Both the position numbers and the translations under genes were made by a program. A model generated the notes under the pieces. It saw only the letters and a list, made by a program, of their open reading frames with translations, had not been told where the DNA came from and searched no databases. This document shows, one piece after another, positions 9,367 to 17,452 of a stretch of 34,174 nt of DNA; position 1 is the stretch's first letter, and each line of letters starts with the position of its first letter. This DNA comes from Gemmatimonadota bacterium (GTDB lineage Bacteria > Gemmatimonadota > Gemmatimonadetes > Gemmatimonadales > Gemmatimonadaceae), in assembly GCA_031372565.1 (NCBI GenBank), contig JANMLN010000157.1, forward strand, positions 1-34,174. Reading direction: 5' to 3'.

Positions 9367-10524
9367 ATGTTCGCCTTCTGGCTTCTCGCGGCCACCCAAG
9401 CCGTCGCGCTTCTCGTCCTCATGGCCCGGCTCGCCCCGGGGCGCCGCCGTCGTCCGCCCGTGCAACCGGTGGGCGATGCCGACGCTCCCGCCACCACGCT
9501 CACCATCATGGTGGCGACGTTGAACGAGGCGAAGCGGATCGGGCCGTGTCTCGACGGCTTGGCGCGGCAGGGCGCCATTGTGCGCGAGATCCTCGTGGTC
9601 GACTCGCGCTCCACGGACGGCACGAGGGAGCTGGTGACCGCCGCCGCCGTGGTTGATCCTCGCATCCAGCTGCTGACCGACGATCCGCTCCCCGCCGACT
9701 GGGTGGGAAAGGTCTGGGCGCTGCAGCACGGCCTGGCGCAGGCCACCGGTGAGTGGGTGCTCGGCATCGATGCCGATATCACGCCGGATCCCGGCCTGGC
9801 TGCCGCCGTGGTCGCCGCGGCGATCGAACAGCGCTTCGACGTCGTGAGCTTCAGCCCGCGCTTCACGATTCCGACGGCAGCCGAAGCCTGGTTGCAGCCT
9901 GCGTTGCTGGTCACGCTCGTGTATCGATGTGGCGCCGCCGGCGAAGGCACGCCGGACCCCGAGCGCGTGCTCGCCAACGGGCAATGTTTCCTCGCCAAGC
10001 GGAGCGTGCTGCAGGCGCACGGGGGGTACGTGGCCGCGCAGCGTTCGTTCGCCGATGACGTCACGCTCGCGCGGCACATGGCGCGCGCCGGCGTGCGTGT
10101 GGGCTTCCTCGACGGGTCCTCGTTGTATCGCGTGCGCTCCTACAGCTCGATGGGCGAGGCCTGGCGCGAATGGGGACGTTCGCTCGATCTCAAGGACGCG
10201 ACCACACCCGCGCGTCAATGGGCGGATGTCGTCTTCCTGTTCCTGGCGCAGGCGATGCCGTTGCCCATGGTGTTGCTCCTGCTCGGCGTCGGGCGCACCG
10301 CGATCGGTCCGGCGTGGCAACCTCTGCTCATCGTCAACGGCATCCTGCTCGCCATTCGGCTGATGCTGCTCGCGGCCCTCACGCAGAGCTACGATCGCGT
10401 CGGTCTGCCGTTCTGGTTGTCGCCGCTCGCCGATGCCCCGGCGGCGGCGCGCATTCTGCTGTCCACGATGCGCAAGCGCCGAACGTGGCGCGGGCGCGCG
10501 TACGTGCCAGCGGCCCACGCGTAG
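9367..10524 (+). CDS. cruG: Family 2 glycosyltransferase, CruG-like carotenoid 2'-O-glycosyltransferase
   Basis: TLNEAKRI, VVDSRSTDGT, LLTDDPLPADWVG, WVLGIDAD, WLQPALLVTLVYR, ANGQC, DDVTLAR, WREWGRSLDLKDA closely recall cyanobacterial CruG. Transmembrane segments at both ends. Confidence 0.8.
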   Translation: MFAFWLLAATQAVALLVLMARLAPGRRRRPPVQPVGDADAPATTLTIMVATLNEAKRIGPCLDGLARQGAIVREILVVDSRSTDGTRELVTAAAVVDPRIQLLTDDPLPADWVGKVWALQHGLAQATGEWVLGIDADITPDPGLAAAVVAAAIEQRFDVVSFSPRFTIPTAAEAWLQPALLVTLVYRCGAAGEGTPDPERVLANGQCFLAKRSVLQAHGGYVAAQRSFADDVTLARHMARAGVRVGFLDGSSLYRVRSYSSMGEAWREWGRSLDLKDATTPARQWADVVFLFLAQAMPLPMVLLLLGVGRTAIGPAWQPLLIVNGILLAIRLMLLAALTQSYDRVGLPFWLSPLADAPAAARILLSTMRKRRTWRGRAYVPAAHA

Positions 10525-10544
10525 GGCCGCGCTGACGCCAGCGC

Positions 10545-11561
10545 TCAGTCCGCCGCGGCCTGCGCCTCACGGGTGAGCCGCGCGACGATCGACCCCGCCG
10601 GTTCCACGTCGTGGATCCCCGCCACGCTGCGCCCCGCCTGCCAGTAGTCCTTCTCGCCGGTCTCATCGAGCGAGGATCGCTTGAGCTGCCAGAGCGACCG
10701 CAAGCCGTAGAAGGTGCGCATCCAGTGCTTGGTCTTCCGCCCCTTGAACATCCAGCGTGCGAACGGCCCGACCTTGGTCCCGAGTCGCCGGATGTATGGC
10801 GTGCCGATGACGGACACGGGAACGCCGCTGATCCGGTCGGTGAGGACGATGTCGTCCTCCTTCGCCTGCACGATGGCCTGCTTGTAGACATCGGCTGCGC
10901 GGCACTCCGGCGTTGCGATGAAGCGCGTGCCAAGCTGGACCCCCACGTAGCCGATGCCGAGCGCCTGCGCGATCTCGGTGCCGTTGGCGATCCCGCCGGC
11001 GCAGATGATCGGGAGGCCGAGCGGCGCCAACTCGTCGAACAGCGCCTGCGGTGTCCGCGATCCGGTGTGGCCGCCTGCGCGCCGATTGACCGCAATGAGT
11101 CCATGCGCACCGCCGTCGCGCCCCTTGGCCCCCCACTTGAGCTCGGTCACGTCGTGATACACGAGACCGCCGTGTGGTGCGACCGCGTCCACGACCCAGC
11201 GCGGATTGCCGAGCGACGTGATGAAGAAGCGAACGCCTTCTTCGAGCGCGATGTCGACCCAGCGCCGCATCCGGTCCATGTACGTCTTGCTGGAGGCCTC
11301 GATGAGTGCGTTGAGGCCGAACGGCTTGCCGCCGGACAGTTCCTTGATGAGTCGCAGGCCGGCCCGGTACTCGTGGCCATGCACGTAGGTCAGGGAGATG
11401 GGCTGCACCACGCCGATGCCACCCGCGCGTGACACCGCCGCGACCAGTTCAGGATTGGAGCATGGGTAGAGCGGGCCGCACACGATCGGTGTGGCGATGC
11501 CGAGCTGACGCGTGAGCAGGGTGCTGATGCCGTGGCCGGGGGCGACGACGTCCGCGCTCAT
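10545..11561 (-). CDS. Nitronate monooxygenase / FabK-like FMN-dependent oxidoreductase
   Basis: ELVAAVSRAGGIG, AGGHTG, AGGIANG, GVQLGTRFIATPEC, AGRSVAGI. ATG 11561 overlaps the upstream stop. Confidence 0.9.
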   Translation of the reverse strand: MSADVVAPGHGISTLLTRQLGIATPIVCGPLYPCSNPELVAAVSRAGGIGVVQPISLTYVHGHEYRAGLRLIKELSGGKPFGLNALIEASSKTYMDRMRRWVDIALEEGVRFFITSLGNPRWVVDAVAPHGGLVYHDVTELKWGAKGRDGGAHGLIAVNRRAGGHTGSRTPQALFDELAPLGLPIICAGGIANGTEIAQALGIGYVGVQLGTRFIATPECRAADVYKQAIVQAKEDDIVLTDRISGVPVSVIGTPYIRRLGTKVGPFARWMFKGRKTKHWMRTFYGLRSLWQLKRSSLDETGEKDYWQAGRSVAGIHDVEPAGSIVARLTREAQAAAD

Positions 11562-12091
11562 GGGGCGGTCACCGCCGCCTCGACGAGCGCCGCTGCGGGC
11601 GCGGCGCTCCGCGGCGGGGCGAGCCTCCACTGGATGCGCGCGCGGGCGACCTCATCGCCGGCGGCATCACGGATCGTCGCCACCAACTCGTGATCGCACG
11701 GCACCGTGATGATCGGCAACACGGTGCGCGTCTCCGCGGTGAGCGTGCCGCGCGCCTTCTTGAGATAGTCGATCGAGAGTGAGAAGACGATGCCGCGTAC
11801 GCCGGCCGGCAGCGCCGACATCATCGCCAGGCCGCTCACCATCTCGGCGAGGTTGATCAGCGCGACCGCATGGACCGACTGCAAGTGATTGCGGACCGCA
11901 CGACGGTCGCGGAGCGACACCACGCAGTGCCCACCGCCGAACTGCTCGACGCGGGCACCGATCGTCCCGGTGTACGGTGCTGTGCGACCGACCAGGACGG
12001 AGAAGAGCCATCGGCCGCCCGGCAGTGGGCTGAGCCGCCGCCATGCCGCAGTGACCTTGGCGCCCGGCGCATCCAGCGTGTTCGTGGCCAT
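11558..12091 (-). CDS. Hotdog-fold thioesterase-like protein (DUF4442/PaaI-like)
   Basis: APYTGTIGARV, NHLQSVHAVALINLAE, IDYLKKARG. Confidence 0.85.
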   Translation of the reverse strand: MATNTLDAPGAKVTAAWRRLSPLPGGRWLFSVLVGRTAPYTGTIGARVEQFGGGHCVVSLRDRRAVRNHLQSVHAVALINLAEMVSGLAMMSALPAGVRGIVFSLSIDYLKKARGTLTAETRTVLPIITVPCDHELVATIRDAAGDEVARARIQWRLAPPRSAAPAAALVEAAVTAP

Positions 12092-12094
12092 GGC

Positions 12095-12433
12095 TCAGTC
12101 GTCCCGCGCGAGCGCGTGTCCGGCGCCCGCCGCGCAGAATGCCAGGACAAACGGAAAGACCAGCGCCAGCTCGACGAACGCGGATCCGTTGATCCTGAGC
12201 ACGGCACCCACGCCACCGGCGACTGGGCGGAAGGACGCGCCAGTGGCGTCCCACACGACCAACGCGCCCCATCCGAGCGCGGCGCTCACCGCTGCGATGA
12301 GCACGGGTCGGTTCGTCTTCGTCCCGACGATCCCCCAGGCGAAGGCCGTGATGGGCAGCGACCACCAGCCCATGGCCAACGCGCCTGTCGCGAAGGCCGC
12401 GGCGAGCAGAACAATCCGGATCGCGGCGGTCAC
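12095..12433 (-). CDS. Small integral membrane protein
   Basis: GTG 12433 overlaps the acylase stop (GTGA). Three to four hydrophobic segments. Confidence 0.75.
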   Translation of the reverse strand: MTAAIRIVLLAAAFATGALAMGWWSLPITAFAWGIVGTKTNRPVLIAAVSAALGWGALVVWDATGASFRPVAGGVGAVLRINGSAFVELALVFPFVLAFCAAGAGHALARDD

Positions 12434-14919
12434 TTGTCCCCCGGCGTCAGGGTGAGCGTCGAGATGAGCTTGGCCGCAGGCACGTCGGCAAAGATCGCCG
12501 TGTCCAACTTGCCACGCGACCAGCTCGGGATCCGGTTCTTGTAGAAGCGCGAGAACGGATTGCCGGACTGGCCGCCCGGATAGGTGGTCCACGCGCGCAC
12601 TTGGGGACCGAGCTCGACGATCAACCGCTCGCTCGCGGAGTGCGTCCCGTTCGATGCGCGCGGCGCAATCGTTTCGGGACCGCTCCGCGTCTCAACCTCC
12701 AGCTCGCTGAACGGCTCCAGGCGCAAGAGGTGGTAGATCTTCATGGGCGACGTATTCCCCCAACGCCACTCGTCGCTCGACGAATCCCGACCGTGCCGCG
12801 CGCTCACTTCGGCGTAGGCCAGGGTGAGGGCGCGCGCCAGCACGTCATCACGCGTCTCGAGCGCCGGCGTGCGGCGGTCATCCCACCACTTCGAGTCGGG
12901 CTGCTGCATCAGTTTCGCGAGCGCCATGCCGCCCGGCAGGCGTGGGCGCATGGCAGCGTTCGCATCCGAAGTCGACAACTCGTCCCACACCATGGGACCC
13001 AGGCGGTCCATGGCGTTCTCGAACAGGATCGCCCGACGATCATTGGGCGAATAGCTCCGCGTCCACTCCGCGAGCGCCGACGCAGCACGTGCGATCTCGG
13101 GACTTGAGCGGCCCGCGCCGGCCAACCGGGCGACGGCCTCGAGGTACTGCGGCACGTAAAAGTCGGCGCGCGCGCTCCCGGAATCCACCTGCATCTGGCG
13201 CACCGTGGTCGGGGTCCACGCCGCTTCCGCGCGCAACCGCTGGTTGATGCGCATCGCGCGCCACGGAGCCGGCCAGTCCGCGCCGAAGTACGCCGGCCTG
13301 ACCTTGGGATCGACGGGCTGCTGATTGGCCGACGCCAGATAGCCCTGCGCCGGGTTGATCGCCTGCGGATAATCCTTGACGGGCCAGTACCCGGTCCAGT
13401 CGCTCGCGCTGACGCTGCCATCGCGGAACAGAAGCCCGGAGCCATTGCCGGGGCGTACGGGATAGAGCCCCGTCGACCGAATGCCGATGTTGCCGCCGCG
13501 ATCGGCCATCACGAAGTTCTGCGCGGGACCGGGATACGCGGCCATCGCATCCATGAGCGACGAGACCGACGTTGCGCGCTGCGCGGCCTGGAACGCCCCT
13601 AGCGAGGCCTCGACGTTGTTCGTATCGAGGGCGGTCCAGCGCATCGAGAGCCACGTATCGGCCACCCGGCGCATCGGCCCCCGGTGCGTGTAGCGCATCG
13701 TGTCGGTGCGCAGGACGGACCCCGACGGGCTCCGGTACACTTCCTCGTGCAGTTCGAGCGGGCGCCACGTGCCGTCGAGCATGTACTTGGTCGGACGCGA
13801 CGGATCGTCGACCGTCTCGCGGTAGAAGTCCACCACGTCGGCCCCCGTGTTGGTGGCCGACCATGCCACATCACGGTTGAGGCCCAGCACGATGCTCGGC
13901 GTCCCCGCGAACGTGAACCCATAGGTGTCGAACTGGCCCGGCACCGTCAGGTGTGTCTCGTACCAGATCGAGGGGAGCGACAGCTCCAGGTGCGGATCGC
14001 CGGAGAGCAGCGCGTAGCCGGCCTTGGTGCGCGACGGCGCGATCGCCCAGTTGTTGCTCGCCTGCCGCGTGGTCTCATCCGTTGCCGCAAACGCGCCAAA
14101 GGCCGACGTGGCAAGGGCGACCAACTTGGTGGCCGAGAGCGCGCTCGAATCGGGCGCTCCTGGCGGCGGAAGCGGGGTCAGGTCAAAGCGTGGAGCGGTC
14201 TGACCATTCGGTTGGATCGGCTCCTGAATCGAGGCGTTCGGCCCGTAGAGCGCTTCCGCGGCGTCCTTTCCAACCAGCAGCTGTGCCCGCAGCACATTGA
14301 GCTCAGTGACCGCAAAGGACAGCGTCTGGTTCATGCGAGCCAGAAAGTAGAAGGCATTCTTGGCCTGCCACCGCATGGGGCGTTTGTTGATCAGCCGGTA
14401 CTCGATGGGCAGATCAGCCGGGCCCATTTGATCGATGTACGCGTTGACCCCGGACGCGTACGCGTCCAGCGACTGCATGGCCGCCGAGCCGGGCTTGAGC
14501 AGGGCGAAACGCCGCTCGGCTCCCCACCCCATGCCGATCTGGCGCGCGACGGTATCAATCGCGATGGCCTTCTCGTTGAACTCCGATACCGTGCCGGCCG
14601 CGGCCCGCACCTGCAGTTCCATCTGGAAGAGCCGATCATGCGCCACCACGAAGCCCAGCGCGCGATACGCGTCATCGACCGTCGTCGCCTTGATGTGCGG
14701 CACGGCGCGGTCATCGTACGTGACGGTGACCGGTGCCGACAGCCCGGGAATCTTTCCGCTCCAGCTGCGCGGTAGCTCGGTCGTGCGGGCGAGCGCGAGC
14801 GCGCCGCCCGCAGGGTCGAGCAGGGGGCCCATCGGCGGCAACGGGCCGAGACCGCGTGCGCCCACCCAGCACAGGCCACCGCTGACGACTCCAAAGAACA
14901 ACAACGACGAAACGCGCAC
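12430..14919 (-). CDS. Penicillin acylase family (S45) Ntn-hydrolase
   Basis: N-terminal anchor. DDRAVPHI.A and GFVVAHDRLFQME motifs. Beta-subunit start SNNWA at about 14058, DPHL, SANQ, PGGQSGNP. Confidence 0.93.
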   Translation of the reverse strand: MRVSSLLFFGVVSGGLCWVGARGLGPLPPMGPLLDPAGGALALARTTELPRSWSGKIPGLSAPVTVTYDDRAVPHIKATTVDDAYRALGFVVAHDRLFQMELQVRAAAGTVSEFNEKAIAIDTVARQIGMGWGAERRFALLKPGSAAMQSLDAYASGVNAYIDQMGPADLPIEYRLINKRPMRWQAKNAFYFLARMNQTLSFAVTELNVLRAQLLVGKDAAEALYGPNASIQEPIQPNGQTAPRFDLTPLPPPGAPDSSALSATKLVALATSAFGAFAATDETTRQASNNWAIAPSRTKAGYALLSGDPHLELSLPSIWYETHLTVPGQFDTYGFTFAGTPSIVLGLNRDVAWSATNTGADVVDFYRETVDDPSRPTKYMLDGTWRPLELHEEVYRSPSGSVLRTDTMRYTHRGPMRRVADTWLSMRWTALDTNNVEASLGAFQAAQRATSVSSLMDAMAAYPGPAQNFVMADRGGNIGIRSTGLYPVRPGNGSGLLFRDGSVSASDWTGYWPVKDYPQAINPAQGYLASANQQPVDPKVRPAYFGADWPAPWRAMRINQRLRAEAAWTPTTVRQMQVDSGSARADFYVPQYLEAVARLAGAGRSSPEIARAASALAEWTRSYSPNDRRAILFENAMDRLGPMVWDELSTSDANAAMRPRLPGGMALAKLMQQPDSKWWDDRRTPALETRDDVLARALTLAYAEVSARHGRDSSSDEWRWGNTSPMKIYHLLRLEPFSELEVETRSGPETIAPRASNGTHSASERLIVELGPQVRAWTTYPGGQSGNPFSRFYKNRIPSWSRGKLDTAIFADVPAAKLISTLTLTPGDK

Positions 14920-14963
14920 GAGCGGACTCCGTGACGGAGGAAGGTGGCGAGGTCGCCGACGCG

Positions 14964-15755
14964 CTAGTTGTCGCCGTCCAGCAGGCCGCCGAGACCGCCG
15001 AGCATGGAGCCCTCTTCGCGGCGTCGGCCGCCAGCGCGCGGGGATGCGGCAATGATCCGGTCCGCCAAGCGCGAGAACGGCATGGTCTGCAATATCACTC
15101 GGCCGGGGCCGACCAGCTTGGCAAAGAACAGTCCTTCGCCGCCGAACAACGCGGTCTTGAGGCCGGGCACCATTTCGATGTCGTAGTCGACCGTCTCCTG
15201 CATGGCCACGATGCAGCCGGTGTCCACGCGCAGGATCTCGCCCGGCTTGAGATCGATCGTGTGCACCGTGCCGGACGCGTGGAGGAAGGCCAGCCCATCA
15301 CCCTCGATGCGCTGGAGGATGAACCCTTCGCCACCGAAGATCCCGGCGCCAAACCGCTTCGTGAACGCGATGGTGACGTTGATGCCACGCGCGCCGCAGA
15401 GGAACGAATCCTTCTGGCAGATGATCCGCCCGTTCCACTGGGGCAGATCGATCGGCATGATCTTTCCGGGGAAGGGCGACGCGAAGGCCACGTCACGGCG
15501 GACGGTGCCCTGGTTGGCAAACATCGTGACGAAGAACGAATCGCCGGACAACAACCGCTTGCCACCCTGCATCAGCTTGCTGAACAGCGACCCGCCTTGA
15601 CCCGTCTGGTCGAGCGTGGTGGCCATCCGGATGCCGTCCTGCATGTACATGAATGCGCCCGCCTCGGCCACCACGGCCTCCCCCGGATCGAGGGTAATGA
15701 TGACGCCCTGAAGGTCGTCACCAATGATCTGATAGTCGATCACATCAGCCGGCAT
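14964..15755 (-). CDS. TIGR00266 / AIM24 family protein
   Basis: MPADVIDYQIIGDDLQ, AEAGAF, QKDSFLC, FGGEGFILQ, LFGGEGLF, GPGRVILQTMPFSRLA. Confidence 0.92.
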   Translation of the reverse strand: MPADVIDYQIIGDDLQGVIITLDPGEAVVAEAGAFMYMQDGIRMATTLDQTGQGGSLFSKLMQGGKRLLSGDSFFVTMFANQGTVRRDVAFASPFPGKIMPIDLPQWNGRIICQKDSFLCGARGINVTIAFTKRFGAGIFGGEGFILQRIEGDGLAFLHASGTVHTIDLKPGEILRVDTGCIVAMQETVDYDIEMVPGLKTALFGGEGLFFAKLVGPGRVILQTMPFSRLADRIIAASPRAGGRRREEGSMLGGLGGLLDGDN

Positions 15756-15937
15756 GCTCAGCAGTCTCGAAAAGAGGGGGCAACGCAGGGGAAGCACCGC
15801 GACCGTCCACGGAAGCTCGCGGACGGGCAGGGTGCGGCGAAAGGGGGACACAGGGGCGTCCCCACCAGAGGACGCTGGCAAGACGACCCCGACACACAAT
15901 ACGTTACCAGAGAAGCAGTTATGGCGCATCCGACGTT

Positions 15938-15953
15938 GGGTGCGAAGATTGCA
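15938..15953 (+). promoter_or_regulatory. Putative sigma-54 (-24/-12) promoter for the lipoprotein operon
   Basis: GGGTGCGAAGATTGCA has exact GG-N10-GC spacing and a TTGCA -12 box, 40 nt before ATG 15994. Confidence 0.5.
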
Positions 15954-15993
15954 TTAGCACCATGACATGCGGTCCCGACCCCTTGGAGCTCCC

Positions 15994-16617
15994 ATGCCCC
16001 TCGCTGCCTTCCGCCTGCCCCGCACGGGGCACCTTCTTGCTCTCGCGGCCCTCGTGCTCTCGGCCGCGTGCAACTCGACGCGCGTCTCGCGCGTCGATCC
16101 CAACTCCTTGACCGATTTGAGTGGGCGCTGGAACGATGCCGACAGCCGGCTCGTGGCCAACGCGCTCATCCAGCAGAGCCTCGATGCCCCGTGGGCGCGC
16201 AACTATGCCACGGCCAATGGCGGCAAGCAGCCGGCCGTGATCATCGGTGCGTTCCGCAACCGTTCGATGGAGCACATCCCGGTCGGCACGTTCACCCGCG
16301 ATCTCGAGCGCGCCTTCGTGAATTCGGGCACGGTGCAGATTGTCGCCAGCAAGGAAGAGCGCGGCGACATTCGCGACGAGCGCGCGGACCAGCAGCAGAA
16401 CGCCACCGCCGACTCGAGGGCGCGCCTGGCGCGCGAGCAGGGCGCCCGGTACATGCTGCAAGGCGATGTGCAGACGATCGAAGACTCCGAGGGGAAGGAG
16501 AAGATCGTGTACTACCAGATCGATGCGACGCTCATTGACCTCGAATCGAACGCGAAGGTCTGGCTCGGCCAGCACAAGATCAAGAAGTACATCGAGCGCC
16601 GTGGCATCGGCCTCTAA
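15994..16617 (+). CDS. LpoB-like lipoprotein (COG3417 type)
   Basis: GGAG upstream of ATG 15994. Lipobox LSAA-C. DLSGRWNDADS, NRSMEHI, GARYMLQG, YYQIDATLIDLESNAKVW. Confidence 0.82.
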   Translation: MPLAAFRLPRTGHLLALAALVLSAACNSTRVSRVDPNSLTDLSGRWNDADSRLVANALIQQSLDAPWARNYATANGGKQPAVIIGAFRNRSMEHIPVGTFTRDLERAFVNSGTVQIVASKEERGDIRDERADQQQNATADSRARLAREQGARYMLQGDVQTIEDSEGKEKIVYYQIDATLIDLESNAKVWLGQHKIKKYIERRGIGL

Positions 16618-16632
16618 CCCGGAGCAACGACC

Positions 16633-17445
16633 ATGAACGTCCGCTTCCTCCTCTCGGGTCTCGTCGTGCTGGGCGCGTGCGCGGGCAATCGCGTGCGCGA
16701 ACAGCCCCTGCTGGTCAACGGCGACAAGATGCAGAGTCCCGACTCGATCGCCGCTCGCCAGCGCGTGCGCGGCGATGCCGAACGCGCGATGTACGCCCAG
16801 CGCCGGGACTCGGTGGCCGCCGCGGCCGCCGCGTCGTGCACCGGTGATGTCTGTGCCGCCCTCACCCGCGGCGAAGTGGTCCTCGGCATGAACACGGCGC
16901 AGGTCATGGCCTCCACCAAGACGACGGCCGAGGCGTGGACCGTCCGCTATGCCGGGCGCGCGACCGTCATGGTCGGGGCGCGGCCCAGCGTGCTGCCGCG
17001 CGACGTGAACGGTGAACTCGGCCTCGTGCAGCTCGAGGATGGGAAGGTGTCGAGCTACGGCTATCGCGAACCGCAGGGGCTCCGCGTGATCGCCAGCGCG
17101 TCCGACGCCGGGAGCGAGGGGCGCGCCAGGGCGCAGGCCGAGGCGCTCATCCGCGAGGGCGACGACTTCAACCTCGTCGGCAAGCGCGCCGAGGCGCTCG
17201 ACCGCTACGATCGCGCGCTCCTCATGGACGGCAGCAACGCGATGCTCCAGTACAAGGTCGCCACCCTGCTCGACCTGCAGTTGCGCCCGCAGGAAGCGCT
17301 CATGCGCTATCAGCGCTTCCTGCAGCAGATGCAGCTGCAAACGATCCAGGCCCAGGGCGAGGCGTCGGCCCGGCAGGCCGAGGCGATTGCGATGGCACAG
17401 CAGCGCATCGTGATCCTGCAGCAGAAGGTTCCGTCGTCGCCCTGA
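16633..17445 (+). CDS. Hypothetical lipoprotein with a C-terminal TPR-like region
   Basis: GGAG RBS. Lipobox LGA-C. EALDRYDRAL..D..NA and EALMRYQRFL helical repeats; Gln-rich tail. Confidence 0.8.
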   Translation: MNVRFLLSGLVVLGACAGNRVREQPLLVNGDKMQSPDSIAARQRVRGDAERAMYAQRRDSVAAAAAASCTGDVCAALTRGEVVLGMNTAQVMASTKTTAEAWTVRYAGRATVMVGARPSVLPRDVNGELGLVQLEDGKVSSYGYREPQGLRVIASASDAGSEGRARAQAEALIREGDDFNLVGKRAEALDRYDRALLMDGSNAMLQYKVATLLDLQLRPQEALMRYQRFLQQMQLQTIQAQGEASARQAEAIAMAQQRIVILQQKVPSSP

Positions 17446-17452
17446 GCAACGC

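Noticed and set aside
8424..10079. 551-aa extended version of the secreted protein, and the 8848-10518 ORF
   Set aside because: The extension is antisense to the cruG-like gene; the SD and signal peptide place the true start at 9221.
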